From Amphiscolops sp. MND2022 (Eukaryota), in NCBI GenBank assembly GCA_964187785.1, contig OZ076409.1, positions 89,220,001 through 89,284,000 on the forward strand: DNA of 64,000 nt, read 5' to 3'. The notes below the pieces were generated by a model. It did not search any database, was not told where the DNA came from, and saw nothing but the letters and a program-made list of their open reading frames with translations. A program made the translations under genes and the position numbers. Below are positions 1 to 15,000 of this stretch, piece after piece; positions within the stretch are counted from its first letter, which is position 1, and every line of letters begins with the position of its first letter.

Positions 1-3000
1 CAACTGCAGAGTTCCAACAGTGAACTCAGAGGACAAGTGTCCAATCTCAAGTCCATCAGTGAACAACTCGAAATTCACAACGCCCAGATGAAGTTTGAGA
101 ACGAGGTACGTACGCAATAAGGGTCGCATATATTGTCCTAATTCTATTCTTTTCGTAAGTGTATGTTATGTATGTTACTAAATCTGCCCTCCTAGTCTAA
201 CTTAGAGTATGAAGTGAAACTGATAGCATCGGTTTAAATTACTGTCAATATAGCGCTGGGACCATGTTTCTTACCGCCTCCAAGACGGAAACCACTTTTC
301 TTCGAAAAAAATTTCACGTATGGAAGAGCTTGATATGGTTACAAATACTTAAGGAATTGTTCCCACGGTTGTTTTGACACGTCCAGCAAAAATATACCTT
401 GATTTTTTGATATTTTTGAATCAAAATAGCAACACTTCGCGCCTGGAACTAGCTTGAATTGTCTATAAAGGTCATTATTTTGACGCAAATTTTCTCTGCC
501 ATGAAATCTAATGAGCAACTTTTAACGGTCAGTCAATGTAAACAAGCCGGGAACGGCCCAAGTCGGCACCATATCTAAGGCTCAAAAATAGCTAAAAGAA
601 TTCAAAATGTCAAAGTATTGGTGAATTATGAAAAAAAATTGAAAAAAGTCTCACAATGCCGAAAAAACTGAAAGGAGGACCCTTTGGGATTTTTCAACAT
701 CCATTCTGTCGGAAAATATCAAAAAAATTGAAGGGGACACTTTTTGGTGAAATTTCTTTTCGAAAAATGTCTCACAGAGCCGAAAATACTCCAAGGGGGA
801 GAACTTTTTGGCCCCGTTGAGTTTCTTAGATGATTTAAAAATACTTCGCAAGCTTTTGAAAAAGTAAAAATACTGCGCCAGCAAGAATTCGTGACTCATG
901 AAAATTGTAAGAAAAGTGGACCATCCAGAGTAGATTGTATCCTGAAAAAAACTACCTACTGTTAATATTCGGGCTTTTTTCCTCAAGGGAAAAGGCGCCG
1001 ACTAAAAATAGGATTATGTCGACGTCAATTATTTTGTTGGACCGAAATTTCAGTGGGAACTTATTTTTTGAACCTTGTTCCTTTCCCCCGTGGTGACTTG
1101 GAGGATAAACAAGCCGGGACCGGCCCAAGTCGGCCCCATATCCAAGGCTCAAAAAAGCAAAAGGACTTCCAAGTGTCAATTTACAGTACTCGAAAATCGA
1201 AAAACCAAAAAAAAATGGACCGAGTGGCGCGCCGGGGCCCGCTTGCGCGAGCCCCTGGCGCGCTAAAAGGGGGACACTTCCGAAATTGTCAACATTTTTG
1301 TCGCAGTTGAAGGGGGGACCCTTCGGAGAAAAAACAAATTTTCGAAAAAAAGTCTCACAAAGCCGAAAAACTGAAAGGGGGGACCCTTTGGTCTCGCCCG
1401 GTATGGTATGTTACGCGGAAAAACGAAAAACCTTTTTGGTTCAGTTCGCTAGGCCAAATGGTTCAATTTGGGGCAATAATATTTTGTAGAACTTTTAAGA
1501 ACTATTTTGGTCAGTTCGTGTGGATAGAAAACAAGCCGGGACCGGCCCAAGTCGGCGCCATATCCAAGGCTCAAAAATAGCAAAAGGACTTCCAAGAGTC
1601 AATTTACAGTACTCGAAAATCGAAAAAGCAAAAAAATGGACCGAGTGGCGCGCCGCTAGCGCGAGCCCCTGGCGCGCTGAAAGGGGGACACTTCCGAAAT
1701 TGTCAACATTTTTGTCGCAGTTGAAGGGGGGACCCTTTGGAGAAAAAAACAAATTTTCGAAAAAAAAGTCTCAATGCCGAAAACTGAAAGGGGGGACTCT
1801 TTGGGATTTCCCAACATCCATTCTGACGCAAAACAGCAAAGAAATTGAAGGGGGAACCCGTTGGGGATTTTTTTTCCCGAAAAGTCTCGCTGTGCCGAAA
1901 AAAATTGAAAGGGGGGACCATTTGGTCTCGCCCGGTATGGTATGTTACGTGGAAAAACAGGAAAAACCTTTTTGGTTCAGTTCGCTAGGCCAAATGGTTC
2001 AATAATATTTTGTATAACTTTTAAGAACTGTTTTGGTCAGTTCGTGTGGATAGAAAAAAAGTCACTATAATAGTCGCGTTTCACTCCATGAAGCGCCGAC
2101 CAAAAAAAGAGTCACTATAATAGTCGCGTTTCACTTCATGAAGCGCCGACTAAAAATGGTCCTAGCGCTTTAATTGTATTGTTCTTTGTTTCGAATGTTC
2201 AATGTTGTTCCCAATCGGGACACGACTAGACTGGGTGCTAATCACTGCTGAATAGTGTTTCATGTAATATGAACGTTGTGCTTGCGTTTTAGTCTGAAAG
2301 TCCACTGAGAGTAAGTAGATTCTGGCACGAACACTATTTGTTATTCAATTCAGGATTCTTTCTTCAACTTTCATTTTTCTACAGTGCGTTCCTCTAGTTT
2401 CAAGTGTTGGCGGTGATGATTGTAGCTTTAAATCATTCCCCCTTATGTTCTATCTGTATCTATGCATACATACTCCAAAAATGAGAGACCTTTCGATGGT
2501 TTTTTGTTTACATAGTTTAGAACTGCAAGTTCGAACTTGGACAAATGGTTCTCTGGCACCAAAGGTCTATGAGCTCTAACTCGGAGCGGCGTGGATTATC
2601 TTGCAAACTGGAATCTGAGATTGCTGTCTTTTGAACAGCTCCGAAATGAAAATTTATGTTAATTGGGTTTTTGTCCTCCCAAACTTTGCGTTAACAACTT
2701 GACTGCTTCTTTCACTCGTTCATGTAATTATTCAAGACCCTGAAAACTTTTATTTAGAAGAAAGGAAGTCTAAATTGTCATAAGCCTAAGGATGAACTTT
2801 GTGTGAGAGATACCTTTGAGGCCTTCCTTTGGAAGTCAGTCGAAACAGTTGCAGTTGCTAACGTCGTTATGGCAAAAAATGCATGTTTCTACATGTTTTA
2901 CTGCAGCTATATCACTGTTTTGATCATTTTAGATGTTACGAAGCCATAATGACCAGTTGTCTCAAATGTGCGTGGACTACGATCATCTGCATGAGCAACT

Positions 3001-6000
3001 GAAAAATAAACACTTGCGCATGGGAGGTCCCAGTAACAAACTAACCATGAGCAATGGAAACCTCCAGAGCTCCTCGAGCACACTTGAACGAAGTCTAAAC
3101 CGAGAATTGTCTCATGAAACCCCACAAGGAGTCGACGAAACAGAAAACATTATGGTCAGAACTCCCTCATTGGAAGATGTGATAAATCAAGGAATTGATA
3201 TGAGGTGAGAAGCAATTGATCTGGAAAGACATTTTAATGCGTACATGTATGGGAACTTTCAAAGCTGTGTGAATTCAGGAAAAAGTACTCGGAGTTACAG
3301 AACCATCAACGAAGGCTGTATGAAAACTCGGCCTTCGTCACAGCATCGTTACCCCACTCGACTACAACTGATTCCCCAAGCATGCAGAGAAAGTTAGTTC
3401 TCCGGAAACCTTTTCAAAATACCTGCATGCATAAAATCCTCGTTACTTCATTTCTGTTGCTTCAATATCGGCACCGAAAAATCATCTTAACGGAAAAGAC
3501 GTTTATTCTGATTACTTTAAATATATTAGTTAGTACTCTAAATTTGATGGAAGTTTGAAGTTGCTATTTGTCCATTGTGAGGTTGTAAACTTGAAGTTTC
3601 TGTTCGAGGTCTTTGTTCTTCTTTTCTGACTCTCGCAACTTTTTGTCGATGGTTTTCATTTTGGCCAGACTGAGGACTAGACCTGATTGAGGACTGACTC
3701 TTCGAATGGCATCTTCCACTTTGCTTGTGGTCTGTTTTGCGAACCATTGAGCACACTTGTCCACAAAATCCATCATGTTAAATTGGTCTCCTCTCACTTG
3801 AAATAAAATTGATAGATATGAATTACAGTCATGCTTATGTATCGTGTTCTGCTTATTGTGTTATATTTTCGGTAAACCTGTTTGGTGGCTACATGACTAA
3901 TTTTCGGGACATTTCTTTCGGGACGGTCTTACTCTGACAAAAGTAGTGACAGATTTTAAATTGAATGTCATTTGTGTTTATCAGTCGCTATTGAAAAGTG
4001 ACTTATATTTGGATATAGTGTCTTATACTTTCAGAATGAAGTCAAAATTAACAAGTGTCTTATTTCGGAAGTGCCTTATAATAAGCAGATTACGGAAATA
4101 CTCAATAATGTACTCAGTTTTATGAATTTGAATTTTGTGGCATCTTTTCGAGAAGCAATAACTATTCCTTGATGAGTAAACTATTCTTCAATTAGCTTTC
4201 AAAGGAAAAATTCGCAAGGTTCAGCTTCTTTGATGGAAATGTATGATGTAAAATATCGCGCCAGTATGAAAGACTTCTTCCGTAATATCAAGGTACAAAT
4301 GAGTCATCTGATATTAAATACTTCAAGTACATTTTCCCTAAATGGCTCCCAAAATTTTCTTCAGACCGGCAAAGTACTTTTGAAATTTTTGGGAGAAGTT
4401 GCTTGTCTTAGTTTGTTATCGACTTGACAAATGATGAAAAGTAGATTGATGACAATGATGAAAAGTAGAATTGAACTAACCCAATAAGGTTGTCATGTGA
4501 TTAATGGCACCTCCATTACGGCTATTCAGCTGTTCTTCCAATCGCATTTCCATGTATTCGCGCACAGCACTTCTGATGAATTCGATATCGTATTCCAAGG
4601 CAAGGGTCATGACTATTTCCAAATTGCTATCTAGAACCATAAAATTCACAACTTTCAAGAGAAATTGTTTTTCCCTATAATTCAACCTTAGTTCGAGCAT
4701 CATTTTGGTTGCCTTTAGTGCAGGCACATGCATGAAGACTTTAATGATATGACAAACTTCAGTTCGCTTGTTGTTTTTTTTTAAAAAAAACTCTGCGCAA
4801 GATGCTGGTACTCTTTGGTTTTTGGTCAATTTTATCATTTCTTTGATTCTTTTTATTCGGTTCTCAACATGTTTCAAGAGACAAGAGAGGTTTACGTATG
4901 TTTGAATTGCAACATCTTAGACCGGAGGTTTTTGCAAGTCGCAGAAATACTCAGTGTCAGGTGTCGATTTACGTTAAGGTATTTAATGGAGTCGAACACT
5001 GGACCTGACACTATTTTACGTGCAACGTAGCAAACCTAGAGGACTGCGGGATTCGAACCCGTTTACTCAAAAAATCTGCTGACCGACTACTGTTTACTGT
5101 TACAGTCCTATTTCGAAGGGTTCGTTAAATTCCACATAAAGCTAACCCGGAGTAGCTTGAACCAATCATACGTTGAGGCCAGTGTCAGTTTTTGTAAACA
5201 ATGTTACTGGTGATACTACTTACCATCGATTGGTTTGAAGGGCGGATATAGACATTGCAGTAGCTCGCGCATGTCGGCAAGTTTGTTTGGTAGCTTCATT
5301 TTCTTGCTGTCTTTCATGTCTTCTAACAAGAGTCGCTTCAGCTGTGGTGAGAATTGAGCCAGGTATTCTCTATGTATCCACAGACTTTTGCCTTCCAGGG
5401 AAAGAGCAAATGTGGCCGTTCTATCTTCATCTGGCTTGTCGAACATCAAATACTGCACTTGCTCTAAAATTAATGCCGTCATTCAACCAACAAATTAAAG
5501 ACCCTTTACGGAGGTTGAGAGATACACTGAAGTCTAGTGATGAAAATATTTTGAATCATTCATTGGATTGAAAAATGAAAAACTGCATTTCTGCCTTGGA
5601 ATATAATTTGCGATGTTTGTATATTTTGGTGGAGCTGCTAAAGTTTTCAGCTTTTTTCAGGAGAAAAAGTTGAATATGGTTGTTTTTTTAAGGGGGAAAA
5701 GCTAACCTTTGGCTTGTTTTGCTTTTGCCATGATGAAATTGTGCAGTGGTGTACTCTATCAATAGCTCTTTTAAATTACGTTCAATTTAACGAGTGTTCG
5801 AAGCTTACATGGTGATGTGAAAATAATGTTATGAAACTGAAATTACACTGTATCGCTTCGGCTGATCTAAGTGATTATTTTACACATGGTTCTTTTCTGT
5901 ACTTTTAAGTAGCTCAGTTTGTTTTCTAGTTCACTGCAGAATTCTTAATCTACAGGTTATTCAAACGAGTACGAATCAAGAGTCTGACATGTCTTAATCT

Positions 6001-9000
6001 CTTGCGCTAAACGTGCAGGTGAAATGTGAAATGAAATCAGGGGCAGGAATAGCGTCCAAATTCGAATAATTTTTCAAAAAGATTTTCTGGAAGCCAAGAT
6101 CGCATAGCAATTGAGTAGAAGCATGTTTTCCACGACGAGACAGCGTGCATAGAAAAAATTTAGACACCTTTGGACGTTATTGCTGCCCCTCGGCCAAAAT
6201 GAGTGTAATTTTGGTAGCTTTGGTTTCAGATTAATAGTTAGATCACTAGAATTACCAAATGGTATTTTCATTTATAGACAGCTTCTTGGACGAAAAACCA
6301 ACACAAGACTGACGAAATCGTTTTTGAGATGGTTTGTCATTGTAGAGGTATGCCCAAGGATGATTTTCCCAGTTTTTTCAGCGATATACTTCCTGAATGA
6401 TAAAAATTTATCTGTGGAAAATATGCGAACCAAAAATTTTACTCTGCCTCACACTAATGATCAAATAATAATTTCCTTTCGCCATCCATTTATCCTTGGA
6501 CATCACTTTTTCTTGATAAACTTTTCTGAACCTTTGATCGCAAATATCTGTTCTGAATTGTTCATACATGCGATGCGCATCTATTACTATGATCTTATCA
6601 GTTGAAACTTTTCGTTCATTGTTGTGAAGTAATAACATGTGAAACAAGCAATCTATTCTGTTCATTGATCTATTCCCTTTTGCGAAAATGAGCTGTAAAT
6701 AACTTTTCCTTGGTTTCAGGAAGCCCCAGTTTTTCAAAAGTGTTCGCAAAGCGATAAGTAAAACGTCATCCTTCTCCTCCAAAGACCCCCATGCCAGAAC
6801 ATTGCTGGGCATCAACCAAAGACGTGGAAGCCGAGACGACGAGTCAGTCTCAGTCGAAAGAAACAACGACAGTTCTTCGTATGGATCAAGTTAGTTTTGT
6901 ATCATCACCCTTTATCCATGCAACTTTTTTTCTACTTCTATTCACATACGTGGATCCCGGATATAAGAAACCCGCTCATACGAAATGCCGCTTGTAGTCA
7001 ATGTATACATATCTCGGCACCGATTGCAAATTTAATTCCTTTTAGACCTGCATATAAGAAAGTTAGATTATAAGAAACGTCACTTGTCGTTCCGCTGATG
7101 TTGATTATATTCGGGATCCACTGTACAATTATTCAAATTGAACCTGACATCACATTTGAAAAGTCTGTTGATCAGTTGAAAGAATGAACTTTCAAGATCT
7201 TGATCATGAAATTTTCGATTGTTTTGGGGTGTGTTTGGTTAATCATGTCTTAGTTCGTGGGCGATGTTTATGGCCGAAGAAATTTCCATAGTATCACATA
7301 ATTTTTTGTCAATTTTTTTTAAATCTCGCTTTCAACTTAAGTATTTGTACATTAACTTAGAATTAATGATAGAATCAATTAAGTGGAGCCCATTTTCGCA
7401 TTCCGCTTTTATTGACTTTCCCAAAATTGCGATAATGGCATTTACGTTAAATAGTGGCATTGACGTTGAATAGAGACGATCTTTTAAACATTTCCGGATT
7501 AAAATTCCATTGAAGTTCTTTCCGTAGTAATTTAGCGCTCAACAATTTCCAACCTGAGCCGATTTTTTTGTGGAGTTTATGAGAATTCAACATCCCAAAA
7601 ATGCATAAGAAGTCGATTTTCATCGTTTAATGTGGGGCTGCATTCTCAAATTCCATCCAGTCTTGATTTTCAAGTTTTGAATGTTTCCGAAATGTGTTGG
7701 TAGTCTTGTTTACTTTGCGGGTTGTGACATTTGTTTACTTTACAGTAATCATTCATAACTGCTCGCTGGCGCATTCTATGGAAACTAGCTACCGAAGCAA
7801 AAACGGAGTTTTTTCCGAGGTTTATATGCCTGGAAAGTATTTGACAATAGAGAATATCTTCTTTTGCTTAAAGGAAAACTTTGCCATTTTAAAAGGTTAA
7901 ACACGTGTTTCTCAATCGAATAGGTTTGTACATGTTCATCTTCCTTGCACAGAGAATTGGAGGTATTATTCGCTGAAGCACAGCAGGGCCGGTAAAAAGT
8001 TTTTAGTGCTTTGCTTCAATTTGTTGCCGAGCGCAAATTTGTTGCTTATCTTGTTTACAGGGCTCAATGATTCCCGCTTGAATGCCAAATGTAGAAACTG
8101 GCAAATGTTAGATTTATGACTTAAAAAGTCAATTGCCTTATATCCTTGGAATTATCAAATTCATCCCCCCTAATCTGGCAATAGAACGCACGAATAAGTA
8201 ATCCTTTATTTTTGCCAGCCTTGATTGTGCGTCATGGAAGAGAACGCTTTCAGTTTTTTGTTGACTTGAGGTTGCTTTAATCATTTATAAGTACTCTTCC
8301 AGATCGCTGTGTTCAGTTGATGTTATCACTTCGCAAAAATGAGAATCATAGCTCACATTATGAAGCGCCTGCGCTCCTAGTTTTTTTTCTAAAATTGAAA
8401 TTCTCAATTGTTTTTTTGTAGAAATTTTAAGAAGCTTTTGTTTTCAATTTACAGAATTTGGAAGCCGCGCTACGTCTTTGGCCTGCCTAGCTTGTGGTAA
8501 TATAGTATTCAGTTCATCTATTAATTGTTTATACCCGACTGCCAATGATCATTGGATCACGTTGAACATAAATGTCGGTCTGGCTGTTTTGGAAATATTC
8601 CAGGATTGTTCCCAAATTTTTTGACAAATTAAAGTTTCTGCTCTTGGCAAAACAAGACCGCAGTTTGATAGAAAAAAGTTCGATACTTAATTTCCATCAA
8701 ATACAGACGCTTGAACAAATTTGATGTCGAAATTGAATCAAATTTCATTACATTGAGCAGTTACGCCCATCCCATTTCCCATTATCGATCCCGAAGGTAT
8801 CTTAATCTTCCCACAGAGAAAATGACATCACCTTTGACTCATTTATCACTTCAGTGTTGAAATCAATCCCCTTCCGGTATCTTCTATGTATTTTTGACCA
8901 AAAAATGCTCCTGTATTTTTAGGGTCTGATACAGCTGCAGATTCGCCACAACTGCCCCCTAGAAAATCCAACCAACTACCGGCCCATGACCAGACCAATG

Positions 9001-12000
9001 GGTCAACAGAACGTGTCCTTACTTTGCCTTCCCAATCCGGGCCCTCTTTACATTCATACGCCCTGCCCGACGAGTATGCGACGTTGAGTCGTAAAGCTCG
9101 ATCTAAAAAACAGGACCCAAGCTCTTCCAACGTCAAAGGCAAAAACAAACTTTTCAGCAAGCTAAGTGGCAGTGGAAGTCGTAGCGCGTCTAAGGATAAT
9201 TTATTGGAGCCACAGCGCAGCACGAATCTGTTATGCGAAGCTTACCCACATTTGAAGTTCTCGGACTCGCCAAGAAAATCCTTGCCCGATGTTACATGTA
9301 AGTGCTTCGTGCTTTCACAATGCTTTCCAAACAACTCAAGTACGTGTGTGTGTTTTGTTGTTGAGAAAACTAACTGACGGCAGAACAGGGTTCAAAGGCT
9401 TTGTCATAGATCCATGTTTGGCACCCCGAATTGAGTTTATCGATCTTTCTTGTTGAGTCCAGCTTGTTGTGCAAACATTTTATTGGCTTTTGAATAGACA
9501 AAATGAACAGTCAAATTGAACAAGTGTTTCAAAAGATTGGAGTTCGGAATTGTATTTCAACAGGATGCTAAAACAAGTACAGTATCATGAAACTTGATGG
9601 CCAAAACTGATAAAAACAAAACGTGGTTGTGAAAGTTGTTGTATGATGTAATAATTTTGTCGTTGCTGCTCCCGTTTAATTAATTCATTATTGTAGCTTT
9701 TTCTGATTTTAAAGCTCAAAAGTGGAAAGAAACATGTGTTTGTAGCCAGCCGTATAAGGTACTTACCGGACCATAATGTGCCCATAGGTGGTGGAAAAAC
9801 TTCTGCTGCTGTTGAGGCCGCCACCACCGTTGCCAACTCAGAGTGTATTGACCCACTTGAGTTAGCAAGTGTGCGCAAACGCCCCTCTTGTAGAACCGGG
9901 GTCGGTGGTGCCTTGTCTAGTAAAAGTAATGGTATTGAAAAAAGAGGTAATCGAGTGAGTTGGCACTTCGATTCCACCACGCATCCATCGTTCTATTCTT
10001 ATTCAAACTATTCACCATCGAATCACTACAACCGACAACAACCAACTTATACAAACTTTAAATCTGATCATATGCTAACGTCTGCTACTTTTATTCCAAC
10101 CACCACCACCACGTATACCACCACCTCCTCTGCAAGTACAAGTATTTTTAATCGCCCATCGCCTCAGCTGCAATCAGAAGAACTGGCTGACCTCGCGGTT
10201 GACCTTTCCTCCTCCTCTGCGACCGCCGCCTGTTCCTCCCAGGGTTGGTTGCTTTGTGAAAAAGTTGATTGTCAAATCTTGAATGCACAGTCATGACATG
10301 ACATGCTCTGCCATAGATCAATCAAAGCTGACTTAACAAACAATCGCATTTGTTACACTTCACTCAATAAAATTTGCATCTGGCCAACTTCAAACCATAA
10401 CTGACCAACTCACAAAAGCAGATTACATTTAATTACTATCCTATACTTCATTGATAATTTTCCTCCTGTGCACACATTTTGTGTACTCTAAGTACTTGCT
10501 GTACTATTAATAAACATGCGGGCTGGATTGGGTCGGTTGATCACGTTTCATATCTGTTATGAGAACCCTGTCTGATAAAATCATATCTACTAATCGAAGA
10601 ACATGTTATGCTCAACTTATTGGACTGTCTATGTCTCCGTATACTTGCCTGCCATTTAATGTGTTTGTTCATCTCGCAAGATTCAATTTGCTACCTAAAC
10701 GGGCATAGAAACTAGTTTTTTGAAAAAACACCTAGAAAAAAAGTTTTGTCCTCTATGGGCCTGTGCAATTTCTAGCTGTTATCACAAAAACGTAATATAG
10801 AATTGGGAATCATTTCCTTTGTTGGTGAAAAGGTAGTATAGAAATATGAAAAATGTGTAGCTGCTTTGATGCGTTGCTTGACGAAATGTTCCCAACTCTC
10901 TGTGGTCTCGTCTTATATTTTATTCGCTATTTTTATTTAGCTTTTCAGTTTCGTGATTGCCTGAGTTTAGAAGCGCAATGCACTGTATTAAAATTGGCTG
11001 AATGCATGCACGTTCATTGCTGGGCGCCATTTTTTGTTGCTATGTGCAGTGTACACACAGGTTTCATTTCAACTGGATATGAGTATAGTAGAAATCGTAA
11101 AGCACAAACTGCCAATGTTTCGAAGTGAATCGTGGGTACAGTTTTCATTATGCTTCTGTTTCAGGTTTCCATGTAGCTGACCCAAACATAGTAGACGATC
11201 AGTGCCAATACGAAAGTCCCACTCCTGTTAATTCTGTTTTGTTGCGCAAACCTCCTGGAAGTGCGAGTTAGTAAAAAAAGTTGATACTGTCTTATCGCCA
11301 AATTCAATCTGCTTACTCATTGGTTAATTTAAGTCTGAAGTTTTTTTACAACTGTGCGATCCTTTAGGCCGTATTGAAGAGTTGAAACGCGAATTTGATG
11401 TCCGATCGCGGGCAAGATCGTTCACAGGTAAAATGAACAACAATTGTTGCAGAGGTTCCTCAAACTTCGGTGCAGTCAGGGATTAATTATCATTAGGAAA
11501 CAGTCGTTGCAAGAAACTATTGGAGAATTCTCGATTCGAAGTCTGTCTTTGCTACTCCAAACAGAATCCACAAAGCTATCTAGTGGTAATATGAAGCTCT
11601 CTTTAGGAATGTTAGGTCCCAATGAAACTACTCTCGAAATGTTCCTCTCTTGAAGTTTGTAATATGCCTCTTGTGATTCAACTTTTTACGCTCTGCTATC
11701 AATAGTTTGAGATCTCGGGTTATGACGTAAGACTGTTAGGGCGGAACCTCTGCTGAATGTGCGGCGGGCTTCGACAACTAATTGAAATGATTGTCAAATT
11801 AGTTGTGCATAGCTGTAGACGCATTTTGCTCATCTTGTTTTATGAAGATGCGTTTTTCCTAGCTTTTATCAATCAAGTGGTCTCATTTGACGTTCATCAT
11901 ATTAACGCAACCATCGCTTAACAGGTGATAAAGCAAACAAACAACATAAACGTCGCTCTGAGCCCGAGGGACGCTTTAATACCCTCATGGGCTCTTTCAA

Positions 12001-15000
12001 ATTCTCTGACAAGAATCATGAGGAGAAAGAGAAAAAGGTAAATCGTAGAAAAAAATCTTCGAAAGCGACGACTGAAGATGAGTCATCGTCTCAACCAGTG
12101 CCTGGACCTGCCTTAAAACAGTCTCGAAGTCATCCGAACTTGCGGGACGTTATCAACAAAATATCAACCAGCTTCAACGGCAGTAATAGCAACTTAGCTG
12201 CCAGCTTTAGAATGAAACCCAGAAAAAGTAAAAATCTAGATAATGACATGACCCTTTCAACTTGACATCTCACCTTTGTCTTCCTGCTCTTGCGGTGTTG
12301 TTAACTACTGGCTGTCTGGATCGTCGTAACATTTATTGGATGCCATGTTTTTATTTTGTTTGTCACATTTGGTAACAGAATGAACACATTTTATTTCAAT
12401 CTGCGGGCAATTAATTGCATGTGAATCATCTACTGCAAACAACTGTTTCAGAATGTCTAGCCGATGGTGTCATTAATTAATCGCACGTTTTAATTGATAC
12501 TCTAACATCACATTGAAATTCGTTTTTTTTTCGTCTCAGTTTTTATATTCATACGACACGATCTTAACCAAAAATCTTGATCGATTCATTGAATTTTGTT
12601 TCATGGCTGACAACTGTGTTTACGAAAAGTTATTTTCCATGAATTGAACGGATAGAAAAAACGTGGTTGCTATAAGGTTTTTTTACAGTGTTCAAGTGAT
12701 TTAGATTATTCAAATAATTAACTTACCAATGCAGCGAAGGCAATATTGATAAACAGAGTCTGTCGCATTCATGAAGATTGACCTGGATGTTTGAAGTAGT
12801 TTTTTTGCCTTTGAAAATTCAAACCCACTTCCAGATTTTTATAATGAAAAAAAATTCTTAGCTCTACAAGGGGTCTATTTTCGTACTTTGTGAGATTAAG
12901 TTTACTAGGCGGGAAATTTCCTGAAATTAGTCGGGTGTCTTAATCTTTTATTGCGCGACTCAATTTATTGAATTAGAGAAAAACGATGGCGCTTAATAGT
13001 TTTGTTATTAGAGAAAGCATGCTGTCCGATGATTAGAAATAATCACTTTGACTAACGTGTTTTCAGTTACAATTTGGGTTCGTCGACGTTCTTTGGCTCA
13101 GTGTCGTAATTTTAAGTGGCTGAAAATGAAATTAGTTTGTTTTGGTGTTGCTAGTGGAACCCATTGAAAAAGTTGTTGTGCTCGGATTCTTAAAAAAGTT
13201 ACGTTTTAGCTGACAGAGATTTACCTATGGGTGGCTATAGGACCACTAGTCTGGAACGAGCGAAATCGCCTGAACTTTGTGTATCAATTCCTGCATACGG
13301 GTCAGATAACGTGGACTCAAGCGAACTGGCAGCTGCCTATGCCTACCGAAGAAGGCCCCACGGAAGTTTGAGCAGTTCGGGCAGCAGACCCAAATCAGCG
13401 GCTACACCTGCCAGTTTAATCAGTGGTAACAGTGCCACTGGTAACGTTGACAACCTAGACGAAGACGTAGATGACAAAATATCACTAGAGCAGTTTCTTC
13501 GGGAGAGTAATCGCAGTCCCAAAAGCAGAGTTAGTGACGGATTTCGAAAGTCCGAGGAGGGCATTTCGTGAATTTGAATTCCGTTATTTACTTGTTTCAA
13601 TTGGCTCATTTTAAATTGAGATCTGAATAAAAACAAGTTGCGAAATACTTGATAAAATAGTTGTTACAAGTCTCCATTGTCAGCATTTCAAGCTAAATCG
13701 GGTTTTCTCTTGAAGCTTTCAATCTCCAAATTTTTGCCATTGTGTCAGATGATTCTGTTGTGGTTTAGCAGCCATACATACAAAATTTTGTGTGTAAGAC
13801 AGAGTTTTGCAGTCGCTAATTTTTTCGCTAATCGCTAAACCGCTAATTTCAAATTCGCGTTTTTACTTAAAAACTTCTTAAAACTTCAATGTTTGAATTC
13901 AAAATAAACGATAAAAATTCAATTTTTGCAAGGAGAAAGACTAGAATTTTTGTATTCTCTGGGTTTTACAGATGAAAAGTTGGTATTTTTCGAAATTCAT
14001 TTTGAACCATGTGTATTTTTCGAGGAAATTTTGAATTTGGACAATCTATTAGTTGCCGCTAATTTGAATCGCTTATAGAATCGCTGAAAAAATTCTGCTT
14101 GGCCGCTAAATCGCTGATTAGCGGTGTGAAAACTCTGATGTGAGATTACAATTTATGATGCGTGATATGAATGTCAGGATGACGGAGACACGTGGTCAAC
14201 ATCCACTGAATGTGGGGCATCTGCGCCCCCGCCCCCTTTGAGAACCCATTCTTACAGGGCGGCTCTCCAGCTGCCTCCAGTAAGTGTGACGTCACCCATT
14301 CCCTAGTTTGTCTCCTACTCTTTTCTATTATCCTCCTCTTATCTTCCATGCTGTACACTGCCCACATGATTCGAGTGTTTGACAACAGCTCTCCGATGTT
14401 TTGAGCGGAATGTTTCTTGCTAAAAATCCCAAATTTATCTCTCAAAAGCCTTTCTGTGAAAATGTAATTCACTTCTAGATAGTTGTTATAAATTTGATCA
14501 TTTCATTTTCATCCATATTGGTTGCCATTTCATTTTTCTTCACGTCGGCTGTAAGGGGTTCATTTCATTAGAAAAAAATTTTAATTTCTGTAGTCAATAT
14601 TAAACCAATCATCAAGCAGGGTATAAATATGTTTTTAGTCGACGCTTTTCCTTTAAGGGAAAAATGCCCGACTATAGCATTGACTTTTTTTTCAGACTAC
14701 TATCTTCACACTGATCGGTCCACTTTTTAGAAACAATCCTGAAACCACTTAAGGTCAAGTACCGCAAGGCAAACTTAGTCCAAAGGGTCCCCTTTCATTT
14801 TTTACTTTTTCAAGGAAACATACAAAACCGGACATGCCTAAAGGGTCCCCCTTTGGATTTTTTTCGAAAATTTTTTAATGTCCCCAAAGGGTCCCCCCTT
14901 CGAGGTTTTTGATATTTTGCAACGGAATGTATGTTAATAAATCCAGAAGGGTACCCCTTTTACATTTTTCGGCACTATGCAACTTTTTTCGAAAGAAAAA

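Noticed and set aside
651..2005. Overlapping 60-160 aa ORFs (also 26917-27564)
   Set aside because: They lie in non-coding repeats with homopolymer runs, and frames differ between copies.
6180..6866. 141-aa and 152-aa ORFs
   Set aside because: No recognisable domain; the minus ORF overlaps a Daple exon in antisense.
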